Assembly (NCBI GenBank): GCA_963675595.2
Contig: CAXXLZ010000002.1
Coordinates: 3,296,001-3,360,000, forward strand
Source: Thermodesulfobacteriota bacterium
GTDB lineage: Bacteria > Desulfobacterota > Desulfarculia > JACQYL01
Direction of reading: 5' to 3'
Length of the DNA stretch: 64,000 bases
Position numbers and translations under genes: made by a program
Shown here: piece after piece, positions 11,101-20,093 of the stretch
Numbering within the stretch: position 1 is the stretch's first letter
Layout: the number at the start of each line of letters is the position of its first letter
Notes under the pieces: generated by a model
Seen by the model: only the letters and a program-made list of their open reading frames with translations
What the model was told of the DNA's origin: nothing
Database searches by the model: none

Positions 11101-11885
11101 GGGATGTGGAATCTTACAGAAGCCAAGGCTTGAACGGGGAGGACGCATTCCGGGAAGCTACTTTTCGGATTTTCGGGTGTCCGCCGGGAACCTACGGCGC
11201 CGGAGTGGAGGAGCTGATTGAATCCAAGAACTGGAAGACTCAGGACGATCTGGCGGACAATTACATCCGGTATTCGGCCCATGCCTACGGTCGGAATTCC
11301 TATGGGAAGCACAATCCCGAAACGTTCAGGCGAGTTCTGTCCCGCATGGAGGTGACGGTGAAGAACGAGGATTCCAGGGAATACGATATGCTTTCGTGCA
11401 CCGACTTCTACAACTATTACGGTGGATTGATCGCTGCCGCCAAGTCGGTTCGGGGTGAGTTGCCGTTTGCCCTGGCCGGAGACGCGTCGGACCCCGGGCG
11501 GATTCTGATGCGCACTACCATGGAAGAGACCAAGCACGTGTTGAGGGCGCGGCTGGTCAATCCCAAATGGCTGGAGGGGATGAAGCGGCATGGTTTTAAA
11601 GGGGCGGGCGATATATCCAAAATGATGGACGTGGTTCTGGGATGGGACGCCACCGCCGAAGTCATGGAAGACTGGATGTACGAGCGGATGGCGCAACAAT
11701 ACGCTTTGGACCCGGACATGCGGCAATGGATGAAGGAAGTGAATCCCTATGCTCTTCAAAACATTCTGGATAAACTGCTGGAAGCCATCAGTCGGGGGAT
11801 GTGGAATGCCGGTGATGAGATGGAAGCGGAACTTCGAAACGCGTATCTTGAAATCGAAGGCCAAATTGAAGAGATCACCGAATAG
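8112..11885 (+). CDS. cobN: CobN/ChlH-family chelatase large subunit
   Basis: QPEFDG, HNYPP, PPHHYLA, HVGKHGSLEWLPGK, IIDHLTP, LPTGRNF, RISGFFRD, RLVNPKW motifs; GAGGTG RBS before ATG 8112. Confidence 0.93.
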   Translation: MNPYRLCYFSATALEIPSLRRGLDLYLTDGGRVRVTARTNNQLFDEARIKAFVKDAMKSDAVIVVLHGGKASCAAFDALIAEFSDPKRNGSKAPYLHIKADVGDEEGLFLAGEYSAEFGTENWDIISSYVSYGGPVNFRQLFRFLGNIVADDDVGCVPPEPTPGEGIYHPDVAGVPSLDEYLKAKVDPSKITVGLWFYHSYWINNNLEHINALIKEVESRGANVIAVFHRRFKDESLGTRGADYVVDHFFMENGTPRIDALINPMNFSLSLFSPEYEGLLERLDVPVIQALTTSQPYEVWKAGVQGMSSMEVSYAAAQPEFDGALISVPVSTREENETDPFTGALLSRMVPIPDRVRKVVSLALNWAKLRKKSPDGKKIAVIFHNYPPRNDRIGCAAGLDSFESVKLLLDRMKEQGYVVEQTYENGDELAQEMVERMTCDQRWLTPERMSEKAEARAGREGYLPWHAALPDGVRSKMREDWGEVPGDLFVYRDEMMFPGMINGNIFLTIQPPRGYLENVDKIYHDLYLSPPHHYLAQYRWIRDVFRADAVMHVGKHGSLEWLPGKALGLSEECFPDLSIMDLPNVYPYIINDPSEGTQAKRRSYCCIIDHLTPVFSNADLYEDLTQVESALKDYEDAVRENPGKLDVLRPMLWEAVVKADLDKDLEMNEESAFADFEKFREQLHGYLSELRDTMINDGLHIMGTAPRDDRLVEFLTQLTRLPNGAVPSLREALVAYKGYDYDELLENRGSRFAGSGDKTGGMLIGEVHELALELVGGLSSEDYDPERASAAVESVLGRSVPEVLEIADYICRNLVPDIRRVSDEIDASLRAFQGRFVPPGPSGAPTRGQADILPTGRNFFSVDPSKIPTPGAWEVGIRLGDALIDRCLQENGEYPEGIGIVLWGGATMRSKGDDLAEILYLMGVKPVWQKGSGRVTGVEVIPVSELKRPRLDVTPRISGFFRDAFPNLVELMDDAVRMVAALKEPFECNMLRRNVLRDVESYRSQGLNGEDAFREATFRIFGCPPGTYGAGVEELIESKNWKTQDDLADNYIRYSAHAYGRNSYGKHNPETFRRVLSRMEVTVKNEDSREYDMLSCTDFYNYYGGLIAAAKSVRGELPFALAGDASDPGRILMRTTMEETKHVLRARLVNPKWLEGMKRHGFKGAGDISKMMDVVLGWDATAEVMEDWMYERMAQQYALDPDMRQWMKEVNPYALQNILDKLLEAISRGMWNAGDEMEAELRNAYLEIEGQIEEITE

Positions 11886-11892
11886 TTCGGAA

Positions 11893-13791
11893 GTGAACTC
11901 CACCAACGGTGGAAGCGGCTGCAAACCGGTCCGTATCCCGGTGTTGTTGTGGGCGGTGATTTTCCTTTTCGTCGCCGGAGCTCACGCGCAGCAAGGCGGC
12001 GGGTCTTCTTCGGACCGTGAGTATCAACTGGAGTCCATCAAGGTGGTTGCGGATGCCATCGAGGAATTCGTCCAAGCCCACCCGGAGTCCGTAACGGTCC
12101 TCGACCGTGCGGAGATTGAACTGCGTAATTTCGGGGACCTTGGAGAAGCCGTTGCGAGCGTGCCGGGAGTCGAAGTGCGCAAAAGAGCGGGCAATTTAGG
12201 TACCCGAGTCATCATTCGAGGGGGGAGCGCCAACGGCGTGCTGGTGCTCATCGACGGCAAACCGGTTAACTCGACTCAGTTCGGAGCCGTGGACCTCGAA
12301 AGCCTGCCTCTGGAAATGGTCGAGAAAATCATGGTGTTCAAACCTCCGGTCCCCGTTGATCTCGGCCCCGGGGCATCGGGGGGCGCGGTGAACATCATTA
12401 CTCGGGTCAAAAAGAAGAGGCCGGTTGCCCGGACCAAGGCTCGGGTGGAGGGCGGGTCCTTCGGTACGGTTTCCGGAAGCGCCACGAGAATTCAGCCGCT
12501 GGGCGAGGATCAGTTTTTTGTGACGGCCGGGGGCGGCCATACCGACGGGAAGAGAACCAACAGCGACAACACCAAAGGGAATTTCAGCGCTCAGTGGCGG
12601 CGTGAGCTGGAAGGGTCCGACTCCCTGGACATCACCGGCCGCTATTACGGGGTCGAACGGGGCGCTTCGGGACCTCTGGACAACCCGACCCCGGACGCGA
12701 GGCAGAGCTATCATCACGCCTCTCTGGGATTGGATTACGATGGTATGTGGGAGGGGGCCGGCCCCTTTACCATCAAGGGCTACGGAGATTTTGAGCATCT
12801 AAACGATAAGACCCAGTTCGGTGACGACAGCGTTCTGAAGGTCTACAAGATCGGCACCAAGAACGAATTTACGTGGCCTCCCGATCAGGACTATTTCTTC
12901 AAGTTCGGCGCCTCCGCCGAGGGCAATTTCGTGGATCACACGGAGACCGGGTACCATGACCGGGGGAGGACGTCGCTTTACACCGAGTACCGCCGTGAAT
13001 GGAAACCCTGGACCTTCATGCTGGGAGTGAGAGGCGATTACACGAGCGATTTCGCCTTTCACCCCGGAGCTCAGGGAGGGGTGAGTCTGGCTCTCGGTCC
13101 CCGCACCGTGTTGCGGGGAAACGCGGGTTATGCCGTAGAAATACCCACCTTCGCACAACTCTACCAGCCCACCCACGGCAGCGCCGACCAGGTCCGTGGA
13201 AACCCGGACCTCAATGAGGAACGCTCCGTTTCCGTGGATATCGGGATCGAGCACGTGTGGTCGGAAATGCTCAGCATGGCATTGAGCGTTTTCCGCACGG
13301 ACACTTTCGATTACATTACCTCGGTGAGGGGCGACGATAAGATTTACCGCGGCGTCAATCTGGACCATGCCTCGCGACAGGGGGTCGAGGTGTCGGCCAA
13401 ATCCAGAATCAACGAATCCGTCACCCTTCGGTTCGACTATGTGTTTCTGGACACCAGAAATCACGATACGGATAAGGAATTGATTTACGCCGCCAAGCAC
13501 ACGATCAAAGGGTCCGGTACGTTCATCCTTCCCTTGGGCGTTCGTCTGGAACCGGAAGTCGCCTACGTGAGCGCGCGATTCGCGGACCTGGAGAATTCCG
13601 ACGGGCAGCGCCTCGGTGGATACACCAAGGTGAACTGCAAGGCCACCCTGCCTTTCGAAATGGGTCGATACAAAGCGGAAGCCTTTGTTTCGGTCTATAA
13701 TCTCCTCGACCATGACTTTTCCGTCCACTTCGGATATCCTGACGACGGCTTTCGAGTCATGGGAGGGCTGCAACTCGAGTTCGGCCCCTAA
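11893..13791 (+). CDS. TonB-dependent outer-membrane receptor (BtuB/heme-receptor-like)
   Basis: Signal peptide; TonB-box-like ESIKVVA; plug motifs VPGV, IRGG, VLIDG, GGAVNIIT; GNPDLNEE; NLLD; near-terminal Phe; start approximate. Confidence 0.9.
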   Translation: MNSTNGGSGCKPVRIPVLLWAVIFLFVAGAHAQQGGGSSSDREYQLESIKVVADAIEEFVQAHPESVTVLDRAEIELRNFGDLGEAVASVPGVEVRKRAGNLGTRVIIRGGSANGVLVLIDGKPVNSTQFGAVDLESLPLEMVEKIMVFKPPVPVDLGPGASGGAVNIITRVKKKRPVARTKARVEGGSFGTVSGSATRIQPLGEDQFFVTAGGGHTDGKRTNSDNTKGNFSAQWRRELEGSDSLDITGRYYGVERGASGPLDNPTPDARQSYHHASLGLDYDGMWEGAGPFTIKGYGDFEHLNDKTQFGDDSVLKVYKIGTKNEFTWPPDQDYFFKFGASAEGNFVDHTETGYHDRGRTSLYTEYRREWKPWTFMLGVRGDYTSDFAFHPGAQGGVSLALGPRTVLRGNAGYAVEIPTFAQLYQPTHGSADQVRGNPDLNEERSVSVDIGIEHVWSEMLSMALSVFRTDTFDYITSVRGDDKIYRGVNLDHASRQGVEVSAKSRINESVTLRFDYVFLDTRNHDTDKELIYAAKHTIKGSGTFILPLGVRLEPEVAYVSARFADLENSDGQRLGGYTKVNCKATLPFEMGRYKAEAFVSVYNLLDHDFSVHFGYPDDGFRVMGGLQLEFGP

Positions 13792-13914
13792 CAGGCTGCG
13801 CAAAAACGCGATCTGCTGCGTTGCGCTTCGTCCCTCGTCACTGCGACGTACTTTATGTACGTCTCATTCCTCGGGATTTGCGCGCCTTGCATCACATCGT
13901 TTTTTCGCAGCCTG
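13792..13914. repeat. 123-bp MITE/REP-like element with terminal inverted repeats
   Basis: Left CAGGCTGCGCAAAAACG and right CGTTTTTTCGCAGCCTG are 16/17 complementary; internal CCTCGTCACTGCGACG recurs at 49911 and, with one mismatch, at 63325. Confidence 0.75.
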
Positions 13915-13968
13915 CGGCAACCGGCCCTTTTCAGCGGGATGCCGGTGTTTGACCGGTCCGGACGCATT

Positions 13969-13994
13969 CCGGGAAGGGCGAGCCCCGGCTCGGC
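13969..13994 (+). repeat. Dispersed REP-like copy related to the repeats around the RAYT at 54 kb
   Basis: CCGGGAAGGGCGAGCCCCGGCTCGGC versus CCGGGAGCGCCGAGCCCCAGCTCGGC at 54054. Confidence 0.55.
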
Positions 13995-14160
13995 TCATCG
14001 ACGAAAGAAGCTGATGCGCGTTGGTGATGTTTGGAAGTTCGCCATGGGCGCTTCGTTCCAATATGGCGGTATCGGACCGACGGGAGGCCGTGCCGAGCGC
14101 CATGGGCGGTTTCCACGCGGTTGTGTGATCAACCTTGAAGCGGAAGAATAGGAAGAGCGC

Positions 14161-15123
14161 TTGATACGAATTGAAGGGCTGACGAAACGCTACGGGAACA
14201 TCACGGCGCTGAACGGCTTGGACCTCCATGTGCGGCAGGGGGAGTTCTTCGGGTTTCTGGGGCCCAACGGGGCGGGCAAGACCACCACCATCAGGATACT
14301 GACCACTCTGACCCTGCCCGATGGCGGTAAGGCCTGGATCGCCGGTCATGAAATATCGGCGCAACCCCTGGCGGCCAAATCCCGGACGGGGGTGGTGCCC
14401 CAAAGCATCAACCTGGATCAGGAGCTCACCGCCGGAGAAAACCTGGAAGTACACGGCCTCTTGTATAATATGTCCGCCTCGGATCGAAAGAAGAAGATTG
14501 GACAAGTCCTGGCTGAAACCGGTCTCACCGACCGGATCGAGAGTCAGGTACGAACTTTCTCGGGAGGGATGAAACGTCGCTTGATGATCGCCCGAGCACT
14601 GATGCACGAACCTTCGGTTCTCTTTTTGGACGAGCCCACCGTGGGCCTGGACCCTTCGGTGAAAAGAAGGCTTTGGGCACTGCTCAAGCAGATCAATCGA
14701 GGGGGAGCGACCATTTTTCTGACCACCCATTACATCGACGAGGCCGAGGCTCTTTGCGACCGTGTCGGCATCATCCATCACGGGAAACTCATCGCTCTGG
14801 ATACGCCCGCGAACCTGATCCGCAGCGCCGGAACTCACGTGGCCGACGTGTTCGAAGACGATACCATGACCACGCATTTCTTCGATTCGAGGGAAAGCGC
14901 GAGCTCCTTCGCTTCCACCCAGTCCCTGCCGGTGATGATCCGCAACTGCAACCTGGAAGACGTATTCGTGAAACTCACCGGTGAACAGATTCAGCCCGAA
15001 CGCCAGGTCCGGACTTCCCGGGAACACGGGGCTTCAGGCCACGGGAGCGCCCACGGCGGTTCCGGCACCGGGCACTCGAGCCATGGACAACACGGGCATG
15101 CATCGGGCCGTTCATCCCATTGA
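14161..15123 (+). CDS. ABC-2 exporter ATP-binding protein (DrrA/NodI-like) with His/Gly/Ser-rich tail
   Basis: GPNGAGKTT, FSGGMKRR, FLDEPTVGLD, TTHY; tail EHGASGHGSAHGGSGTGHSSHGQHGHASGRSSH. Confidence 0.9.
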   Translation: MIRIEGLTKRYGNITALNGLDLHVRQGEFFGFLGPNGAGKTTTIRILTTLTLPDGGKAWIAGHEISAQPLAAKSRTGVVPQSINLDQELTAGENLEVHGLLYNMSASDRKKKIGQVLAETGLTDRIESQVRTFSGGMKRRLMIARALMHEPSVLFLDEPTVGLDPSVKRRLWALLKQINRGGATIFLTTHYIDEAEALCDRVGIIHHGKLIALDTPANLIRSAGTHVADVFEDDTMTTHFFDSRESASSFASTQSLPVMIRNCNLEDVFVKLTGEQIQPERQVRTSREHGASGHGSAHGGSGTGHSSHGQHGHASGRSSH

Positions 15124-15267
15124 AGCCCCGGACGAGATTAGGGTGAAGGGTTTTCAAGAACGTTTTTCCCCGTGATCCTTTTCATAGTCGATGCACCCTG
15201 CCTCGCCGGCGGAGGCGGTGTTGAAAGTGTTCCTTTGTCGCCGGCCTGAGACGGATGGGAGTGTTGT

Positions 15268-16002
15268 ATGCGAGGCTACTTGGCCGTGCTCAAGCGGGAC
15301 CTGTTCATTCTCAAGCACCGGTTCTTCAAAGTCGTTCTTTCCCTGGCCGTTTCTCCGGTTCTGTTCCTCATCGCCTTTGGATGGGGAATCGGGAGGAGCC
15401 TGGATGTGGAGGGAGTTTCCTACATTCTGTTCATGGTTCCCGGATTGATCGCCATGAGCAGCATGTCCCAATCCTTCGGAATCGCCGTGGACATCAATGT
15501 GGCGCGGTTTTATTGGCACATCTTCGAAGAATTCCAGGCCGCGCCGGTGAGTGATTTCGCCATCGCGGCGGCGGAAGTGACCTACGGCATTCTCAAAGGT
15601 TTTCTGTCCGCCGCGGTCATCCTGATTCTGGCCTCCTTGGTGGGAACCCGCGTGTCCGTCAACCCGGGTTTCGTTTCGGCCGTGTTCGCCAACTGTTTCT
15701 GCTTCGCATCCCTGGCATTCATTGCCGCCATGGTGGTCAAGTCGCACGCGGACCAATCCGTGATCGCCAACTTCATTATCACCCCCATGGCCTTTCTGTG
15801 CGGAACGTTCTTTTCCTTGAAGGCGCTTCCGGCCTGGGCCTTCCACATCATCAACGTGTTGCCTCTCACCCAATCCACCAAAGCCATCCGCGCGTCCGCT
15901 CTGGGACGGGAATTCCCCTTTGCCGCCTTCTCCTATACGCTGGCCCTCGGCGCGATCTTCTTCACCATCGCCGTATTCATGGTGAGGCGGTCGAGGCAAT
16001 AA
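15268..16002 (+). CDS. ABC-2 type exporter permease
   Basis: YILFMVPGLIAM, APVS, PMAFLCGTFF, LPLT; about six TM helices; follows the ATPase. Confidence 0.9.
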   Translation: MRGYLAVLKRDLFILKHRFFKVVLSLAVSPVLFLIAFGWGIGRSLDVEGVSYILFMVPGLIAMSSMSQSFGIAVDINVARFYWHIFEEFQAAPVSDFAIAAAEVTYGILKGFLSAAVILILASLVGTRVSVNPGFVSAVFANCFCFASLAFIAAMVVKSHADQSVIANFIITPMAFLCGTFFSLKALPAWAFHIINVLPLTQSTKAIRASALGREFPFAAFSYTLALGAIFFTIAVFMVRRSRQ

Positions 16003-16227
16003 CTCGGAACTCCTGCATTGCCGGTCAAGAGCGATTTTTCAAAGCGGAGATCACTCGTCCGACGGTCGGAACGACTCCCACCCTTTCCGCTGGTTTCGCC
16101 TCTACTCCCTAGTTTTTCCAGGACCTTTTCAAGCCGGCAAGAGGGTGAACCATACCGGAGAAGTCCGCCTTCGGCGGACAACCCCGGATATTCATGAGTT
16201 ATGCGGCTGCGCTCCGAGGCTTTGCCG

Positions 16228-16932
16228 TTACGGTTTCCACACTTCCCAGACCTTGCCCACCAAATCGGGGCCCGGGGTCAGGGTGACCTGGCCGGGCTGC
16301 CATCCGGAAGGCGTCACCTCTCCCGTCTCCACCACGTGACGGAAGGCCTTGAGCTGTCGGAGCAATTCCGCGGGGCTCCGACCGACCTCGGGAGTCAGCA
16401 CTTCCATGGCGCGGATCACGAAATCGGGATCGATGATGAAACGGCCTCGGATATCCACGCCGGCCGCTTCGTCGTATACGCCGTAGATGGTGCCGATGGC
16501 CCCGCCGGCATCCGACAGCATGGGGAAGGGGACCCCTCCGGGCACCATTTTCGAGAGTTCCTCCTGCTGCCAGATCTTGTGCACGAAACGGCTGTCCGTG
16601 CTCATGGCCAGCACCTGGGCGTCCAACGCCTCGAACTCTTTGTACAGGGCGGCGACCGCCGCCAGCTCGGTGGGTCAGACAAAGGTAAAATCACCGGGAT
16701 AGAAACACAATACGATCCATTTGCCTTTGTGGTCCGACAGCTTGATCTGGTCGAACCCGACGCCTTCGATGTATCCGTTGGCCTCAAAATCAATCGCTTC
16801 CCGGCCTACGCGTGCCTGCATCTTCTGTTCCTCCTGTACCGCGGCCGTCCCGCCGGCCGGGGCGTCCGATTGGGGTTTGGGGGCCAGCACCCCGCGAGCG
16901 GGTTTGACGCAACCGTCCTTCTGTTTCGCCAT
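16228..16932 (-). CDS. prxU: Selenocysteine-containing peroxiredoxin (AhpC/PrxU type), TGA at 16677-16675 (U86)
   Basis: ORFs 16675..17016 and 16228..16626 join in frame as [19 protein letters not shown], the peroxidatic site; [12 protein letters not shown]; AAGGAG RBS before ATG 16932. Confidence 0.93.
16648..16677 (-). promoter_or_regulatory. Putative SECIS of the peroxiredoxin
   Basis: TGA CCCACCGAGCT GGCGGC-GGTC-GCCGCC; loop 17 nt after the TGA. Confidence 0.75.
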
Positions 16933-17312
16933 TCGCTTCTCCTTTTGGGGTTGGTGGTTGAGTGGAGTGTGAAAAAAGACCGAGCCCATGCGATCCATGG
17001 GCGAACTTTCCTTCACGCGGAACAGTCCGGGCCGTTCCGAATATCGGATTCAGTATAGAACATTTTTGCGATGGGAAGGTTACAGAAGTATCGGAAAAAT
17101 CACTGTGAACGCCGGGCGAGTTGTCGTCTTTCGGTGTTGCGGGGTATTTTTTGTATGGTTTCCCGCCGGAGTTGCGTCCGCAGGTTCATCATCACCCGTC
17201 GGCAACCAACGGACTTTTGGGGAAACGACGGATAAGAAGAGGAACGCCGGGCATGTTATCGGCGAGTGAATTCGCAAGGGGGGGACAGGTCGTGGAGGGA
17301 CAAACGTGTGGG

Positions 17313-18506
17313 TTAGATTTCTTCACACATGTTACCGGACGGGCGGCCCTGTGTGAATGAAACGACCCTGTCCCGTCCTTCTTCTTTGGCCGTGTATAAG
17401 GCGTTGTCGGCCTTTCTGAGGAGGTCTTCGTATCCATCCGCATGTTCATTACAGCCGGCCACACCAAAACTCGAGGTCAAACTGATGGTCCGGCCTTGAA
17501 AAACCAAGGGCGTGGCCTTGCAGGCCGATCTCAAACGTTCCGCAACGGAGAGGGCCATGGAAACATCGGCTCCGTGCAGAACAGCCACAAATTCCTCTCC
17601 GCCGTACCTTGCCAACACATCTCCGGCGCGTAAGGCTTTGTTGAATACGTTTGCCGTGTGAACCAAAACGGCGTCGCCGGCCTGGTGACCGTAAGTGTCG
17701 TTGATTTTCTTGAAATGATCCAGGTCGGCCATGATCAGGCTTATGGGTTCACCATGCCGTTTGGCCCCGGCGTATTCTCTTTCCAAGGCATTCTCCAAGG
17801 CCCTTCGGTTAAAGACTCCGGTCAAAGGATCGGTCAATGCCATGTTTCTTATCTGATCCTGGAGTCTCGTGGCGACGATGAAGACCACCGACAAACTGGT
17901 CCACACCGCTATGCCGGCGTAGAAGATGACTGAGAGAGCGAATGTAGGAGATGAGAAGGATGGTGCTTTGTAGCCCGGCCCGAACAGATAGAGAACGATT
18001 CTGATTACACTGAATAGAAGCATCAGTGCAAAGGGGATGGCGGCGAAAACGTAGAACACGCGTTGTTCTTTGTGCGGATTTGAACAGAGTAATTTAAGGA
18101 TCAAGGCGCTCAAAGGCCCCATAATGAAATTCCTGACAATCATTCTGGCCTCGAAGCTCGGATGATAATAGGTGTACCGAATAAGGAGAATAAAGTATAT
18201 CATCGCCAACAGGGGAATGATGATTCTCTCGCGAGGACGCACCGATAGGAGACGAACGAATAGTTCATAATAAGCTACAAGATATAGAAGACTTACCATA
18301 TTGGCCACGATGATACTGAAAAAATCAGGAATGATTCCTCTACAGGCTACAAGAAAAAAGGTGACGGTCAAGGCGCCTACGGACATGGCGGCCCAGAGGA
18401 ACAGCCGGTTCTCCTTTCTTGCCAGGCTGTAAAAGAGAATAGCCAGAGTGAGAGAGGCCGTGAGAGCTCCGACCAGAATAGACGTGTTGTGAACATCGAA
18501 TTGCAT
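17313..18506 (-). CDS. Membrane-anchored diguanylate cyclase (GGDEF)
   Basis: About seven TM helices then TDPLTGVFNRR, DLDHFKKINDTYGH, RxxD I-site (RAGD), RYGGEEF, ADNALY. Confidence 0.93.
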   Translation of the reverse strand: MQFDVHNTSILVGALTASLTLAILFYSLARKENRLFLWAAMSVGALTVTFFLVACRGIIPDFFSIIVANMVSLLYLVAYYELFVRLLSVRPRERIIIPLLAMIYFILLIRYTYYHPSFEARMIVRNFIMGPLSALILKLLCSNPHKEQRVFYVFAAIPFALMLLFSVIRIVLYLFGPGYKAPSFSSPTFALSVIFYAGIAVWTSLSVVFIVATRLQDQIRNMALTDPLTGVFNRRALENALEREYAGAKRHGEPISLIMADLDHFKKINDTYGHQAGDAVLVHTANVFNKALRAGDVLARYGGEEFVAVLHGADVSMALSVAERLRSACKATPLVFQGRTISLTSSFGVAGCNEHADGYEDLLRKADNALYTAKEEGRDRVVSFTQGRPSGNMCEEI

Positions 18507-19087
18507 GAGAAGTTCCGGTTGAGCTTGGGTGAGCCGGCATCAAATTCGATGAGACTTTCCTTTGTTTGCTCAGCGGATGAAACCGGGTTTCTTTCAGGCG
18601 GGGTCAATGGGTCATAATAATTTTATAATATCATTATGTTGATAGGCTGTCCGGCTCGGCGTCGACCCTTTTGTGTTTGGTTCGGATCGGAAAACGGAGT
18701 CTCCCGGACTCATAAATCCGTATTTTTCCACTCTTACCGCCTGCAAATAAGGTTCGGTCATTCTACATTGCACCGGCATGTATTCGTGATACCCGGTCGG
18801 CGCTTACTTATCAATAGAGAAAGAACATGTCCACGGAGATTTAAGATTGGAACGATTATCGATATGTACGATAGTGAATGCGTCTTTGTATCGGGAAAAG
18901 CGCCGCAGGCGGGCAATGCGGGATGGAAGACCGGTTTCAGTCGGGGGCGAGGTTCTTTTCGTCGGGCGAATCGGATTCACACGGTAGGTCTTCTCCGTAT
19001 AGCGGCCGCCTCCGATGAGCCGCCGAAATAGGATGCCGCGGCAAGTCGCGTCGGATCTCCTCCCGCGTGAACATTTAGAGGGGTATT

Positions 19088-19275
19088 CGAGGGAACCCTT
19101 TTTTGATAAAAGGGTTCCCTCGGGCTCCTTCCAGAAAACTTTAGGCGTTTCCCTATGTTGTACGGAAGATGCTGCTCATTTTGCGGATCGCGCACGCGAT
19201 GCGCAAAGGCGCGATGGGGGTCCGGGGGGCCATTGGTCCCCCGGCAGGGGGTGCAGGGAGACGGTGTCCCCTTGC
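19088..19275. repeat. Cluster of GC-rich palindromes (REP/MITE-like remnant)
   Basis: 15-bp stem CGAGGGAACCCTTTT/AAAAGGGTTCCCTCG (19088-19122) and twin hairpins at 19216-19275. Confidence 0.6.
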
Positions 19276-19336
19276 GGCACACTCCGTGAATGGGTACCCC
19301 CCGCCTATCCCATGAATGGATACACTTGGATATTCA

Positions 19337-20093
19337 TCAGGGCCTCCACGGCTCATCCGCCAAGGGCGCGCGGTTCAGTTCCGCCTTGTGCAACCGCCAG
19401 GAGGGCAGGAACTGGTCCATGAGGGCCTTGAAGTTCTGCAAACCCCAAAAACGCCCCTTCCCGGTCGTTGTGATGACGTTCGAGCAGGTGGACCATTTCA
19501 TGCACCAGGACGTATTCCAGGCAAACCACGGGTCTCTCGGCCAAATGGAGATTCACCCAGATGCGCCGAGCCCGGATGTTGCACGTGCCCCATCGGGTCT
19601 TCATCCTTTTGATGCGCACCTCGGCCACCGTCACGCCCACCTTGGGCGCCCACCGGGCGAGCAACGCCGGTAGCTGTTGCCGGAGCCGTTCACGATACCA
19701 TCCATACAACAGGGCCTGGCGCTCCTCGTGATCGGTTCCGGGCCGGACATGCAGGGTCAGGACGGCATTGTCCGTGAGGTGAACGGTCGGCGGTCCGTTG
19801 TGCTCGATCACGTCGAGCCGACAGCACCGCCCTTGGAAGTAATGGCTTTCACCGGTGACCAGTTCACGCCGCGGGGGACGGACCTGTTTTCGGAAGGCCT
19901 CCTGTTGCCGGCGAATCCAGGTCAAGCGAGACTCCACGAAGCGGCGGACGGCCTCCTCGTCCAACCACAACGGCGCGGATACCTTCACCCGGCCGTCCGG
20001 CGGGTACACGCGCAAGTGCAGGTTCTTGATCTTCTTGCGCCGGACTTCGACGGTGACGCCGTTGACTTGGATGTGATGGGGTTTGATGTTCAC
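19337..20093 (-). pseudogene. YgjP/M48-like (DUF45) metallo-hydrolase disrupted by an apparent 28-nt insertion
   Basis: MKTRWGTCN and YVLVHEMVHL motifs; expected C-terminus FKALMDQFLPSWRLHKAELN...WRP* lies in another frame and is restored by removing 19434-19461. Confidence 0.75.

Noticed and set aside
13915-14160. Cobalamin riboswitch within the chelatase cluster
   Set aside because: No recognisable B12-box or conserved core; any such element would more likely lie upstream of the window
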